A stretch of DNA of 63,989 nt, filler included, from Acidimicrobiia bacterium (GTDB lineage Bacteria > Actinomycetota > Acidimicrobiia > Spongiisociales > CAZKJJ01): NCBI GenBank assembly GCA_046759765.1. It is 16 parts of 16 records of this genome, joined end to end, with 100 filler letters (N's around TTAATTAATTAA, not from the genome) between each part and the next. Parts side by side here need not be neighbours in the genome. Positions count along the whole stretch, not along the records: positions 1 to 4,334 come from JBHICV010000187.1; positions 4,435 to 8,758 come from JBHICV010000188.1; 14 more parts are not named here. The stretch is one strand, 5' to 3'. The position numbers and the translations under genes are program-made. Positions 1-8,708 of this stretch are shown here, one piece after another (positions within the stretch are counted from its first letter, which is position 1; each line of letters begins with the position of its first letter). The notes under the pieces are model-generated. The model was given only the letters and a program-made list of their open reading frames with translations. It was not told the origin of the DNA and searched no databases.

Positions 1-403
1 GGTAGGGGTCCGGAGCGCCTGGACCGGGGCGCGGGCACTCTGGGTGCCCGACGAGTTGGTCGAAGCCGTCATTGGGCTAGCGAGTCCCACCTCGGTTGGC
101 CTGGCGTCGGTGGCCGCTGGGCTGGGTCCCCTTCCGTCCAAAGCGGCCCGCTACCTGCGCTTCGGCGGCGGAACCAGGGTCAGGGCCGTATTGGCGCCGG
201 GCCTGGTGGTCGACGTGGGGGTCGCCGAGCACCGGCTCGTCGACGTGGGAGCTTCAGTGACGTTCTCGACGGCGAGCCGCACCCTGGCACTCGATGGTGA
301 GCGGCACCTCGTGACGAGCGAACCGCCGACCGTAACGGTGACGCCTGGTCCTCGCATCCTCGATCCGCTCATCGCGCTCGACGGACGCGAGGCTCGTTCT
401 TGA
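1..403 (+). CDS. C-terminal part of an ATP-NAD kinase/AcoX-like protein (5' truncated)
   Basis: ORF ending at 403 with P-T-S-V-G-L-A-S-V and T-L-A-L-D-G-E-R motifs of the NAD kinase/AcoX type; directly upstream of acoABC. Confidence 0.55.
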   Translation, partial: VGVRSAWTGARALWVPDELVEAVIGLASPTSVGLASVAAGLGPLPSKAARYLRFGGGTRVRAVLAPGLVVDVGVAEHRLVDVGASVTFSTASRTLALDGERHLVTSEPPTVTVTPGPRILDPLIALDGREARS

Positions 404-562
404 CGCCTTCTGGGACCCATACGAGGTCGCGAAAACCAAAGGACGTCCGGCCCTATCGAGGCGTGCTCGGAGGTGTTTGATAGGGATAGAGCCCCGGCGG
501 GGTCAGTCATATCAGCGCGGGTGCGACCGCTGGCGTTCGCAGGCCATCGGGAGGAGGCAAGT

Positions 563-1549
563 ATGGGGATACCCAACGAGCACTTGGTCGACATGTACTC
601 GACCATGGTGAAGATTCGCTACTTCGAGGAGCGGCTCAGGGAGATCTACACCGAAGGTAAGGCGCCGGTATTCGACATCGCGGCGGGAACGGTTCCGGGC
701 GAGATGCACTTGGCGGCCGGGCAGGAGCCGGTGGCGGTAGGGGTGATGCCTCACCTCAAAGAGGGAGACGCCATCACCGCGACCCATCGTCCCCACCACA
801 TCGCCATTGCTCAGGGTCTCGACCTCCAGAAGATGGCGGCCGAGATCTTCGGAAAAGCGACCGGACTAGGAAAGGGTAAAGGCGGTCACATGCACCTGTT
901 CTCCGCCGAGCCGAACTTCGGTTGCTCCGGCATCATCGGCGAGGGCATCCCCGTTGCGTGCGGGGCGGCCCTGGCTTTCAAACGGCGGGGTACCGATAAC
1001 GTGGCACTCTCATTCTTCGGCGAAGGGGCTGCGAATCAAGGTGCATTTCACGAGTCGCTGAACCTGGCCGCACTGTGGGAGCTGCCGGTGGTCTTCATCT
1101 GTGAAGACAACACCTTCGCGATCTCGGTTCCGAAGACGGTGTCGACTGCCATTTCGGATAACAGCGACCGCGCCTCCGCCTACGGCATTCCAGGAGTTCT
1201 CGTGTCGGAGAACGACCCGGTAGCCGTCTATGAGGCCGCTGGGGAAGCTATCGGTCGCGCCCGGAGTGGAGCAGGTCCCAGCCTGGTCGAGGTCAAGACC
1301 GATCGGCACTGGGGTCACTTCGAAGGCGACGCCGACGGCTATCGCACCGATGAGTTCAAGGCGCAGATGGCGGAGAGGGATCCGGTCAAGGTGTTCGCTG
1401 ATCGGCTGATCTCAGAGGGTGTGCTCTCCCAGAACGAAGTGGAGCAGATCCAAAAGCGCGAGCAGGCCGTGGTTGACGAGGCCATTGACTACGCCAGGTC
1501 CAGTCCGTATCCGGAGCCGGAGGATGCCCTCCTCCATGTCTTCGCCTAG
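563..1549 (+). CDS. acoA: TPP-dependent acetoin/2-oxoacid dehydrogenase E1 alpha subunit
   Basis: HLAAGQE, THRPHH, GKGGHMH, FFGEGAANQG...EDN TPP motif, GHFEGD; GGAGGAGG RBS before ATG at 563. Confidence 0.88.
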   Translation: MGIPNEHLVDMYSTMVKIRYFEERLREIYTEGKAPVFDIAAGTVPGEMHLAAGQEPVAVGVMPHLKEGDAITATHRPHHIAIAQGLDLQKMAAEIFGKATGLGKGKGGHMHLFSAEPNFGCSGIIGEGIPVACGAALAFKRRGTDNVALSFFGEGAANQGAFHESLNLAALWELPVVFICEDNTFAISVPKTVSTAISDNSDRASAYGIPGVLVSENDPVAVYEAAGEAIGRARSGAGPSLVEVKTDRHWGHFEGDADGYRTDEFKAQMAERDPVKVFADRLISEGVLSQNEVEQIQKREQAVVDEAIDYARSSPYPEPEDALLHVFA

Positions 1550-1558
1550 GAGGCCACG

Positions 1559-2581
1559 ATGACCACTGTCACAGCAGAGCGACAGCTCACGACACAAAAG
1601 GCGATCGCCGAGGCGATCGCCCAGGAGATGGAAAGAGACGACACGGTCCTGGTCATGGGCGAGGACATCGGCATTTACGGTGGGATCTTCGGCGCCACCG
1701 AGGGTCTACTCGACCGGTTCGGGCCGGAAAGGATCATCGACACGCCGATCTCGGAGACCGGCTTCATCGGGGCCGCGGTAGGCGCAGCCACCAACGGCCT
1801 GCGACCGATCGCAGAGCTGATGTTCGTCGATTTCTTCGGGGTCTGCATGGACCAGATCTACAACAACATGGCCAAGGTCCACTACTTCTCGGGTGGTGAG
1901 GTCACGGTGCCCATGGTGCTGATGACTGCGGCTGGGGGCGGCTATTCCGACGCCGGGCAACATTCGCAGACGCTATGGGGGACGTTCGCCCACCTGCCAG
2001 GGATGAAGGTCGTTATCCCCTCGAATCCCTACGACGCGAAGGGTTTGATGATCTCCGCCATCCGTGACGACAACCCTGTGCTGTACATATTCCACAAGGG
2101 TGTCCTGGGGCTGGGCTGGATGACACACAACCCGAGGGCGACGGGGCCGGTGCCCGAGGAGCCGTATACGTTACCGATCGGCGAGGCGGCGGTAGCCCGC
2201 GACGGTACCGACGTCACGATCGCTACCGTCGCGCTCAGTGTCCATCGGGCTCTGGACGCGGCCGAGCAGCTCGAGGCCGACGGGATCTCGGCTGAGGTTC
2301 TCGACCTCCGCTCGCTCGTACCGCTTGACCGGGGTGCGATCACTGACTCGGTCAAGAAGACCCATCGGCTGGTGGTCGTTGACGAGGATTATCAGTCCTT
2401 CGGCTTGACCGGTGAGGTCGTGACAACGGCAGTCGAAGGCGCCTTCGACTATTTGGACGCGCCTCCGATACGGATCGCGGAGCCGGACGTGCCGATTCCG
2501 TACAGCCGGCCGCTCGAGCAGTTCGTGCTGCCGGACGCCGACCAGATCACGCAGGCCGCAAAGCAGCTCGTCGCTGCCTAG
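1559..2581 (+). CDS. acoB: acetoin/2-oxoacid dehydrogenase E1 beta subunit
   Basis: GEDIG, DTPISE, ELMFVDF, QHSQ, DLRSLVPLD motifs; AGGAGG RBS. Confidence 0.88.
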   Translation: MTTVTAERQLTTQKAIAEAIAQEMERDDTVLVMGEDIGIYGGIFGATEGLLDRFGPERIIDTPISETGFIGAAVGAATNGLRPIAELMFVDFFGVCMDQIYNNMAKVHYFSGGEVTVPMVLMTAAGGGYSDAGQHSQTLWGTFAHLPGMKVVIPSNPYDAKGLMISAIRDDNPVLYIFHKGVLGLGWMTHNPRATGPVPEEPYTLPIGEAAVARDGTDVTIATVALSVHRALDAAEQLEADGISAEVLDLRSLVPLDRGAITDSVKKTHRLVVVDEDYQSFGLTGEVVTTAVEGAFDYLDAPPIRIAEPDVPIPYSRPLEQFVLPDADQITQAAKQLVAA

Positions 2582-2588
2582 AAGCGAG

Positions 2589-3653
2589 GTGGCCTCCGAG
2601 GTCCTGATGCCGGTCATCACCGAGGAGGGCGAGGACGCGGTAGTCACGGCCTGGATGGTGGTAGAAGGCGGTCCCGTCAAGGCTGGACAGCTCATCGCTG
2701 AGGTCCAGGCCGAAAAGATCGCGCAAGAGGTGTACGCGACCCAAGACGGTGTGGTCCGGCACCTCGTGCCGATCAACGTGGCAGTGCCGCAGGGCAAGGC
2801 CATCTGCGTAATCGAAGAGGGCCCTCGGGACGAAGGGGAGGTAGAGGAGCGGCGGCTGGAGGCCGAACCGGCCGCCGCCGCTTTGGACAGGCGGGTCCCC
2901 GTCTCTCCGGCTGCACGCCGTGTCGCCAGAGAGCTGGGCATCAACCTGACCGCGGTCACAGGTACCGGCCCTGGCGGACGGATCACCGAGGCCGATGTGC
3001 AGGCCGCAGTATCCGAGAGCAAGCCGGGCCGGGAGCTCACGGGGCTGCGAGCGGTCATCGCTCGCAAGATGCGAGAGAGCCATGCCACCACGGCTGCCGT
3101 GACCCTCACCACAGCGGCGGACGTCACCGACACCGTCCCCGATGAGATCACCGCCTGGGTGGTAAAGGCGGCCGCCCGCGCTCTGGACGATCATCCCGCC
3201 CTCAACGGGACCCGCGACGACGATAGGGTCGTGCCCACCGCGGCGACGGCCATCTCAGTCGCCATTCAGACCGACGAGGGTCTGATCGCACCGGTCATTC
3301 GGGATCCCGGGTCCCGTTCCCGACCGCAGATCGCCGGCGAGCTCGTAGACCTTGCAGACCGGGCCAGGGCGAAGCACCTCACGGCCGCTGACTTCGAGGG
3401 AGGCACCTTTGCCGTTTCCAACCTGGGTGCCTACGGGATCGACTTCTTCACGCCCATCATCAACCTTCCCCAGCTCGCGATTCTCGGGGTCGGAGCAATA
3501 CGTTCCGTGCCCGGCATCGACGCAGAAGGCCGGATAGGACCCCGGCGGCAAGTCACGCTGAGCCTGACGTTCGACCACGCGTTTGTCGACGGCGCCCCCG
3601 CGGCCGCTTTCCTGGCCCAAGTCAGAGCGCTACTGGAGGAAGGAAGGGACTAG
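2589..3653 (+). CDS. acoC: dihydrolipoamide acyltransferase E2 (lipoyl + E3-binding + catalytic domains)
   Basis: lipoyl site EVQAEK, SPAARRVARELGINL..GTGPGGRIT, catalytic FDHAFVDG. Confidence 0.85.
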   Translation: MASEVLMPVITEEGEDAVVTAWMVVEGGPVKAGQLIAEVQAEKIAQEVYATQDGVVRHLVPINVAVPQGKAICVIEEGPRDEGEVEERRLEAEPAAAALDRRVPVSPAARRVARELGINLTAVTGTGPGGRITEADVQAAVSESKPGRELTGLRAVIARKMRESHATTAAVTLTTAADVTDTVPDEITAWVVKAAARALDDHPALNGTRDDDRVVPTAATAISVAIQTDEGLIAPVIRDPGSRSRPQIAGELVDLADRARAKHLTAADFEGGTFAVSNLGAYGIDFFTPIINLPQLAILGVGAIRSVPGIDAEGRIGPRRQVTLSLTFDHAFVDGAPAAAFLAQVRALLEEGRD

Positions 3654-3994
3654 ATGCCGCTGTTCAGTGATGGGTGAAACCGAGTCAGATGCTTTCTGGG
3701 CTACGGCCTGAGTCAGCCCGATCGGTGACCAGCAGCATCTCGCTTACGCACCACACTCGCGGTGCTCGGGGGTGAGGCCGAGGGGTGACACGAAGGACCC
3801 AACAGCCCGATCCTGCAGCTGAAGAATGGCGCGGATCGCAGTGGCGCACTCGACGCCCGCCAGCATCGGTGTCGGTCAGGAGTCCCAGTAAGGCCCAGAA
3901 CCTCTCAAGCGGAGGCAGACGACGCCCGGACGGGCTCACCAGACGTGCGAGAGATCCGGCATTATGCGCCATCTACTCCCTAGCCAGACCCCGA

Positions 3995-4126
3995 TCACGT
4001 TCGGCCCACCCGGATGTGCTCCAGTTCGTCACGGCGCAACCAGCGCCGCACAGTCGAAACCGACACGGCTAAGTATTCAGCGGTTTCCTGGATGCTGAGA
4101 AGCTGGTCACTTGGACGGACAGGCAT
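3995..4126 (-). CDS. short excisionase-like helix-turn-helix protein, probably truncated
   Basis: LLSIQETAEYLAVSVSTVRRWLRRDELEHIRVGRT fits the HTH_17/Xis pattern but stops right after the wing motif; next to a tRNA fragment. Confidence 0.65.
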   Translation of the reverse strand: MPVRPSDQLLSIQETAEYLAVSVSTVRRWLRRDELEHIRVGRT

Positions 4127-4169
4127 CCCAAAGTCATCGGTGAGAACCGGCGGGATTTGAGTGTTTACG

Positions 4170-4200
4170 GCGTCCAGATGGACGCAGCTTGGACGCAGCT
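4170..4200. repeat. arm-type integrase-binding-like repeats
   Basis: TGGACGCAGCT twice in tandem (4179-4200) plus an inverted GCGTCCA (4170-4176). Confidence 0.55.
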
Positions 4201-4269
4201 GCCCAGATCGCTCAAAACGGATCCGTGGCCTGCTTGCCGAAGTCCCAATCCACATAAGGGATTCGGGCC

Positions 4270-4316
4270 GTGGGCGCTACTGGGATCGAACCAGTGAACC
4301 TCTGCCGTGTGAAGGC
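4270..4316 (-). mobile_element. 3' half of tRNA-Val(CAC), att-site duplication
   Basis: minus strand GCC-TTCACAC-GGCAGAGGTTCACTGGTTCGATCCCAGTAGCGCCCAC gives anticodon loop, T arm and 3' acceptor strand; no D arm or 5' acceptor in the 18 nt before the contig end. Confidence 0.75.
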
Positions 4317-4334
4317 TTATCGGGGGGTTCTCTG

Positions 4335-4434
4335 NNNNNNNNNNNNNNNNNNNNNNNNNNNNNNNNNNNNNNNNNNNNTTAATTAATTAANNNNNNNNNN
4401 NNNNNNNNNNNNNNNNNNNNNNNNNNNNNNNNNN
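4335..4434. other. artificial contig linker; others at 8759-8858, 13052-13151, 17342-17441, 21617-21716, 25847-25946, 30037-30136, 34166-34265, 38196-38295, 42215-42314, 46146-46245, 50073-50172, 53920-54019, 57767-57866, 61582-61681
   Basis: identical 100-nt N44-TTAATTAATTAA-N44 spacers with stops in all frames; genes are cut at both sides. Confidence 0.98.
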
Positions 4435-4483
4435 GGCGAGGAGGGCGAAGAGGGCGAGTACCAAGGGGGTACCTACCTCTAGT

Positions 4484-4590
4484 TTCCTGTCAATCTCAGC
4501 CGTGGAAAGCGCGGCTCATATTGACAGGAACGCGGACCCAGGTTTTCTGTCAATCTCAGTGCCGCTCAGCGCCATTGCGATTGACAGGAA
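4484..4590. repeat. two tandem 47-bp REP-like palindromes
   Basis: TTCCTGTCAAT..ATTGACAGGAA (4484-4530) and TTTCTGTCAAT..ATTGACAGGAA (4544-4590), each followed by CGCGG; third copy at 16791-16837. Confidence 0.85.
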
Positions 4591-4596
4591 CGCGGC

Positions 4597-5364
4597 CTAC
4601 CGGCCCTTCCACTCCGGCGGGCGCTTATCGAGGAAGGCCTGCACCCCCTCCCGGGCGTCTTCGGTCTGGGCCACCTCGGTCAAACGCTCATGGAGAATGT
4701 CCAAGGCGGTGTCCAGGTCGAGGTCCTCTACCTCGTAGAAAGATTGGCGGCCTTTCGCCAGGATCACGGGGCTCTTCGCAGCCAGCCCAGCAACGACTTC
4801 GTCCACGGCCGCGTCGAGCTCGGAGCCCGGCACCACCCGGGAAACGACTCCGAGCCGCTGGGCCTCATCGGCCGAGACCAATCGGCCGGTCATCATCAGC
4901 TCCAGGAGTGTCTTGTGGGGCATCACCCGCTGTAGCACCGCGGTGATCATCATCGGCCACAAGCCGACGTCGATCTCAGGTGTCCCGAACCGGGCCTCCT
5001 CGGTCGCCACCACGACGTCGCAGGCAGCCGCCAGCCCGAATCCGCCCGCCAGCGCGTGCCCGTTGACCCTGGCCACCGTCGGCTTGCCCCGGCGGAGCGT
5101 GCGAAAGAGGTCGGCCAACACTCGCCTCGCCTGGTGCAGCGCCTCGGGCTGATCGACGAACCCTGACCTGAGGTCGGCTCCCGCCGAAAAAGCCCGATCG
5201 CCGGCCCCGGTAATCACGATGACCCGCACCTCATCGTCGGCCTCAGCCTCCTTCACCATCTCTAAGACCTCCGCGATGGCGTCGGTGGAGAGCGGATTAC
5301 GACGCTCCGGATCGTCGATCGTGATGGTGGCGCGGGGCGGATCCACCTCGTACCTGACGGTCAC
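4597..5364 (-). CDS. enoyl-CoA hydratase/isomerase (crotonase) family protein
   Basis: AFSAGADL, NGHALAGGFGL, FGTPEIDVG, REGVQAFLDKRPPEWKGR. Confidence 0.92.
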   Translation of the reverse strand: MTVRYEVDPPRATITIDDPERRNPLSTDAIAEVLEMVKEAEADDEVRVIVITGAGDRAFSAGADLRSGFVDQPEALHQARRVLADLFRTLRRGKPTVARVNGHALAGGFGLAAACDVVVATEEARFGTPEIDVGLWPMMITAVLQRVMPHKTLLELMMTGRLVSADEAQRLGVVSRVVPGSELDAAVDEVVAGLAAKSPVILAKGRQSFYEVEDLDLDTALDILHERLTEVAQTEDAREGVQAFLDKRPPEWKGR

Positions 5365-5433
5365 TCCAACCTCCGCAAATCCAGAAACCGGGTGTCAATA
5401 CGGTAACCGGGTCCCCTGGTACGGTTCTCGCCC

Positions 5434-6021
5434 ATGGAGTGGCTCGCCTTGGTGCTGTTCGTGTCGGTCACGGTGGCGCTGCTTCGAGGAGGCCGGCTCA
5501 TCAACCTCGCCGACATCAGGCTCCGTGCGTGGTGGCTTCTGATTCTCGGGTTTGGTCTCCAGGTCGCTTCCAACTTCCTTCCGGAGGATGCCTCGTGGGC
5601 TAGCTCGGTGGGAGTCGGCTTGGTGCTCGCCTCCTTCGTACCGCTGCTGATCCTTGTTTTCCTGAACCGCGACAAGCCCGGCATGTGGCTTGCCGCCATC
5701 GGCATCCTCATGAACTTCACCGTGATCGCACTCAATGGGGGAATGCCCGTTCTGACGGAAGCCGCCCAGGTCGCCTCCGGCTCCGAAGGAGACGTCATAC
5801 TCGACGACTACAAGCACGTCGTCATGGACGCCGACACCTGGCTGCCTACCCTCGGCGATGTGATCCCGCTCCGTCTCCTCGGCGTGGGGACGGTCATTTC
5901 CCTCGGTGACGTGTTCCTGGCCGTGGGGCTGGGAGTGTTCCTGGAGTCGGAACTCCGACGCCCCATCCGCTGGTTCAAGAAGGGCGCCCGCTCCCGCAGC
6001 GGGTCGGCCGCCGGGGGTTAG
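5434..6021 (+). CDS. DUF5317-like integral membrane protein
   Basis: multiple TM helices; GG.L.NL, N...IALNGGMPV, LGDVIP, SLGDVFLAVG motifs recognised as DUF5317-type; adjacent to HD-GYP genes. Confidence 0.75.
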   Translation: MEWLALVLFVSVTVALLRGGRLINLADIRLRAWWLLILGFGLQVASNFLPEDASWASSVGVGLVLASFVPLLILVFLNRDKPGMWLAAIGILMNFTVIALNGGMPVLTEAAQVASGSEGDVILDDYKHVVMDADTWLPTLGDVIPLRLLGVGTVISLGDVFLAVGLGVFLESELRRPIRWFKKGARSRSGSAAGG

Positions 6022-6039
6022 GCCCCGGCGCCAAGGCCG

Positions 6040-7284
6040 CTAGCTCGCCACCACCTCTCGTCGGACCAGCACCTTACGAACCGCCTGGACCACCTGTGGG
6101 TCGTAGTCGTAGGCCGCGCCGCGGTGAAGAATCTCGAGCGCCTCCAGAGCAGACATGCTCAGGTCGACGGTGGCGTGATCGAAAGCGCTGGCCACCTTGA
6201 CGATCTTCGAGCTAATCGGAAGCGACTCGTCCTCGTGCTCGCCTGGTCGCCGATAGGGGCTGTGCTGCATCTTCACGAGCTCGGCCACCTCCGTCAGATA
6301 GGGCGCCTCGGAGATGATCTCGGCGCCCCACCGGGCGATGTCCTCGTCCGTGAAACCCCTCTTGATGATGCTCGGCTCGTTGAGCGTGATCCGTCCGATG
6401 TCGTGCATCAGCGAGGCATAGGAGAGTTCGGTTACTTGATCGGGGCTGAGTCCCAGCTCTTGACCGATGGCCACGGCGAGGTCGGCGGTCCGGTCGCTGT
6501 GGCCGTCGGGTGACAGACCGGCCACCTCCGGGATCCTCGCCAGCGCACGGATCGTCTGTGCATAGGTTCCCCGGGCTTCGTGATAACGGTGAAAAGCGAC
6601 GTGAACGAAGCCGTAAGGAATGAGCGCTATGACGAGCGCAGCCGGCCCAATGGTGGGGAATGCCACTCCGAACAAGGCACCGGTCGCCAGGAGGCTCGCT
6701 CCGACCGGCCAGTCCCTCAACGCGACGGTCCATAAGTACCGGCGTGATAGCTGTGACCGGGCGAACGTGAGGTACGCCCACAGGAACGTCTCCACGAGGA
6801 ACCAAAGCGTTCCCGCCAACGCCAGAGCCACCAGCTGTGCACCGAACCCGTCCTCCCTGAACGCGGTGAGCTGGGACAGCTCCTCGAAGGCCGCCGTGTC
6901 AATGACCAAGAACACCGCAATCCCGATCGTCTGCCGGACGAGGGCCGCGAAAACCGTTACGTCTGCTTCCTGTCGGAGGAGCTCTATCAGCCAGGCGATC
7001 AGTAGACCGGTAGCGGCAGCCGAGAGCGCCCAGTCCAACGCGACATCGCCTGTGAAGTCGGGACCGTTGCGGTAGAGGAGCGGAAAGGCGGCGGCCACGG
7101 CGAAGGCCAATGAGAAGCGATGCCCGCTAAGGGAAGGCACGGAAACGAGCCATCCGGCGGCCAGGACCATCGCACCGATGGCTACCTCCCATATGAACCC
7201 GGTCGTGAGCGCCACGAAGGCAACGAGTCCCCCGGCCCAGATCCAGGGCAGCGCTCGGGTGGATTGCCAGGCGAACTTCTTCAT
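6040..7284 (-). CDS. membrane-anchored HD-GYP-like protein, degenerate catalytic site
   Basis: multi-TM N-terminus; GHSDR, MHDIGR present but QHSPY replaces HHExxDGxGYP and VASAFD replaces VADxFD; ATG overlaps upstream TGA (7281-7284). Confidence 0.8.
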   Translation of the reverse strand: MKKFAWQSTRALPWIWAGGLVAFVALTTGFIWEVAIGAMVLAAGWLVSVPSLSGHRFSLAFAVAAAFPLLYRNGPDFTGDVALDWALSAAATGLLIAWLIELLRQEADVTVFAALVRQTIGIAVFLVIDTAAFEELSQLTAFREDGFGAQLVALALAGTLWFLVETFLWAYLTFARSQLSRRYLWTVALRDWPVGASLLATGALFGVAFPTIGPAALVIALIPYGFVHVAFHRYHEARGTYAQTIRALARIPEVAGLSPDGHSDRTADLAVAIGQELGLSPDQVTELSYASLMHDIGRITLNEPSIIKRGFTDEDIARWGAEIISEAPYLTEVAELVKMQHSPYRRPGEHEDESLPISSKIVKVASAFDHATVDLSMSALEALEILHRGAAYDYDPQVVQAVRKVLVRREVVAS

Positions 7285-8666
7285 GCTTGCTCTGCTCCGT
7301 CGCTCCGAGCGGCGACCCCCGCGGTCCACCCCGGCACCGACTTGCGGATCTCGGCCAGCCGCCTCGCTCTCGTTTCATCGTCGAGGTTGGGCGAGCCGTA
7401 GCGTTCCCCAGTCTTGGCAAGGGCACTTTCGAGCGCTTCGACCACCTCAGGGTCGAACTGCGTTCCCGCATGGCTTCTCAACTCCGCGATCGCATACTCC
7501 TGTGTCAGCGCCATCCGATAGGTGCGGGTGCTGGTCATCGCATCGAACGCGTCCGCCACCGCGAGGATCCTGGCCTCGGGCGAGGGTATCTCCCCTTCGG
7601 TATGACCGGTGCCGCCGTAGCCCTCACCGTTGAAGTGAGCGTGGTGCCCCGAGGCGATCTCCACCATGGGACGGAGGAACTCGACCTCGGCAAGGATCTC
7701 TTCGACCACCTGGGCGTGGCGCTGCATCTCGCCGTATTCGGCGGGGGTCAGCCTGCCCTTCTTTCGGATCAACTCCCGGGGGACGGCCAGCTTCCCCACG
7801 TCGTGAATGAGCGCTGCCCAGCGCAGCTGTTCGATCCTCGTTCCCGAGAACCTGAGCTCCTTCCCGATGATCTGCGTGAAATAGGCCACACGCTCCGTAT
7901 GGCCGCGCGTGTATAAGTCCTTCGCCTCCAGCGCTTTGATGAAGCCGCGCAGAGTGGCTTCGTGCGCTTCCCTGAGCTCCCCGTACGAGGCGAAGGAGAG
8001 ATATCCGATGACGAAGACCACGAAGATGAGGGGCAGGATCGTCGGCTCGAGGTGGTAGGTCGCACCGAGCAGGCCTCCCAGGGCCCCCATGACAATATGG
8101 GACGGGACAAGCTCCCCCAGGCCCGACCACGGACGCATCCTGCGATCGGCATAAAGCATGCGCACCGCGTAGGCGACCAGGCCCAGATTGACAGCCGCGT
8201 GCATTCCGGCGGCCAGCGCCGCGCCGACAGCGGCCAGGGCCACATCGGCCGTATCCCAGGTACCCGTCGAACTCAGGAACGGCTCGAGGACCAGACCGGC
8301 GACCGTCTCCGTGACCACGTACTGGCCGAAGTTCATCATCGGTACCAGCACGCGCCGCTCCTTCACGTCGCGCTGGTTGAACATCCCCAGGGCGCCGAGC
8401 GCGGCCATCCCGAGGGCGGCGGAGCCATGCCCGAATACGACACCGGCCACCAGAGCGACCATCACCGCGGGGCTGGCCTTCAGCCGCTCGTTGACCTCTA
8501 CCGAACGCCATTCGAGGAAAGCAAAGGCGGCGGCAAATGGGATCCAGACCGAGAGCGGCGGGAACTCTTGCCAAAAAGCCAGGCCGACGAGACAGGCAAC
8601 ACCGGCAGATGCATAGAGGACGGCCAGGCGCACCTTCTTGCGCTCTAGCCTTTGCAACTCCGGCAC
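7281..8666 (-). CDS. membrane-anchored HD-GYP phosphodiesterase
   Basis: about 7 TM segments, then EAKDLYTRGHTERV, IHDVGK, HHAHFNGEGYG, VADAFDAMTSTRTYR; GAGGAG before GTG. Confidence 0.88.
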   Translation of the reverse strand: MPELQRLERKKVRLAVLYASAGVACLVGLAFWQEFPPLSVWIPFAAAFAFLEWRSVEVNERLKASPAVMVALVAGVVFGHGSAALGMAALGALGMFNQRDVKERRVLVPMMNFGQYVVTETVAGLVLEPFLSSTGTWDTADVALAAVGAALAAGMHAAVNLGLVAYAVRMLYADRRMRPWSGLGELVPSHIVMGALGGLLGATYHLEPTILPLIFVVFVIGYLSFASYGELREAHEATLRGFIKALEAKDLYTRGHTERVAYFTQIIGKELRFSGTRIEQLRWAALIHDVGKLAVPRELIRKKGRLTPAEYGEMQRHAQVVEEILAEVEFLRPMVEIASGHHAHFNGEGYGGTGHTEGEIPSPEARILAVADAFDAMTSTRTYRMALTQEYAIAELRSHAGTQFDPEVVEALESALAKTGERYGSPNLDDETRARRLAEIRKSVPGWTAGVAARSDGAEQA

Positions 8667-8708
8667 CTCCTCAGCCCTTTTCGGTGAGGACGGCCCGGGA
8701 ATACTCGC

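Noticed and set aside
473..562. N-terminal extension of acoA in the ORF track
   Set aside because: Strong GGAGGAGG RBS supports ATG at 563.
4270..4316. Full tRNA-Val gene
   Set aside because: No D arm or 5' acceptor strand; treated as an att fragment. The same applies to tRNA-Glu at 37996-38044.
4335..4434. Recurrent TTAATTAATTAA every ~4 kb
   Set aside because: Artificial N-flanked contig linker; adjacency across linkers is meaningless, so no cross-contig operons were inferred.
4484..4595. Possible mini-CRISPR (60-bp period)
   Set aside because: Units are long palindromes with related centres, not repeat plus unique spacer; a solo copy occurs elsewhere; no cas genes.
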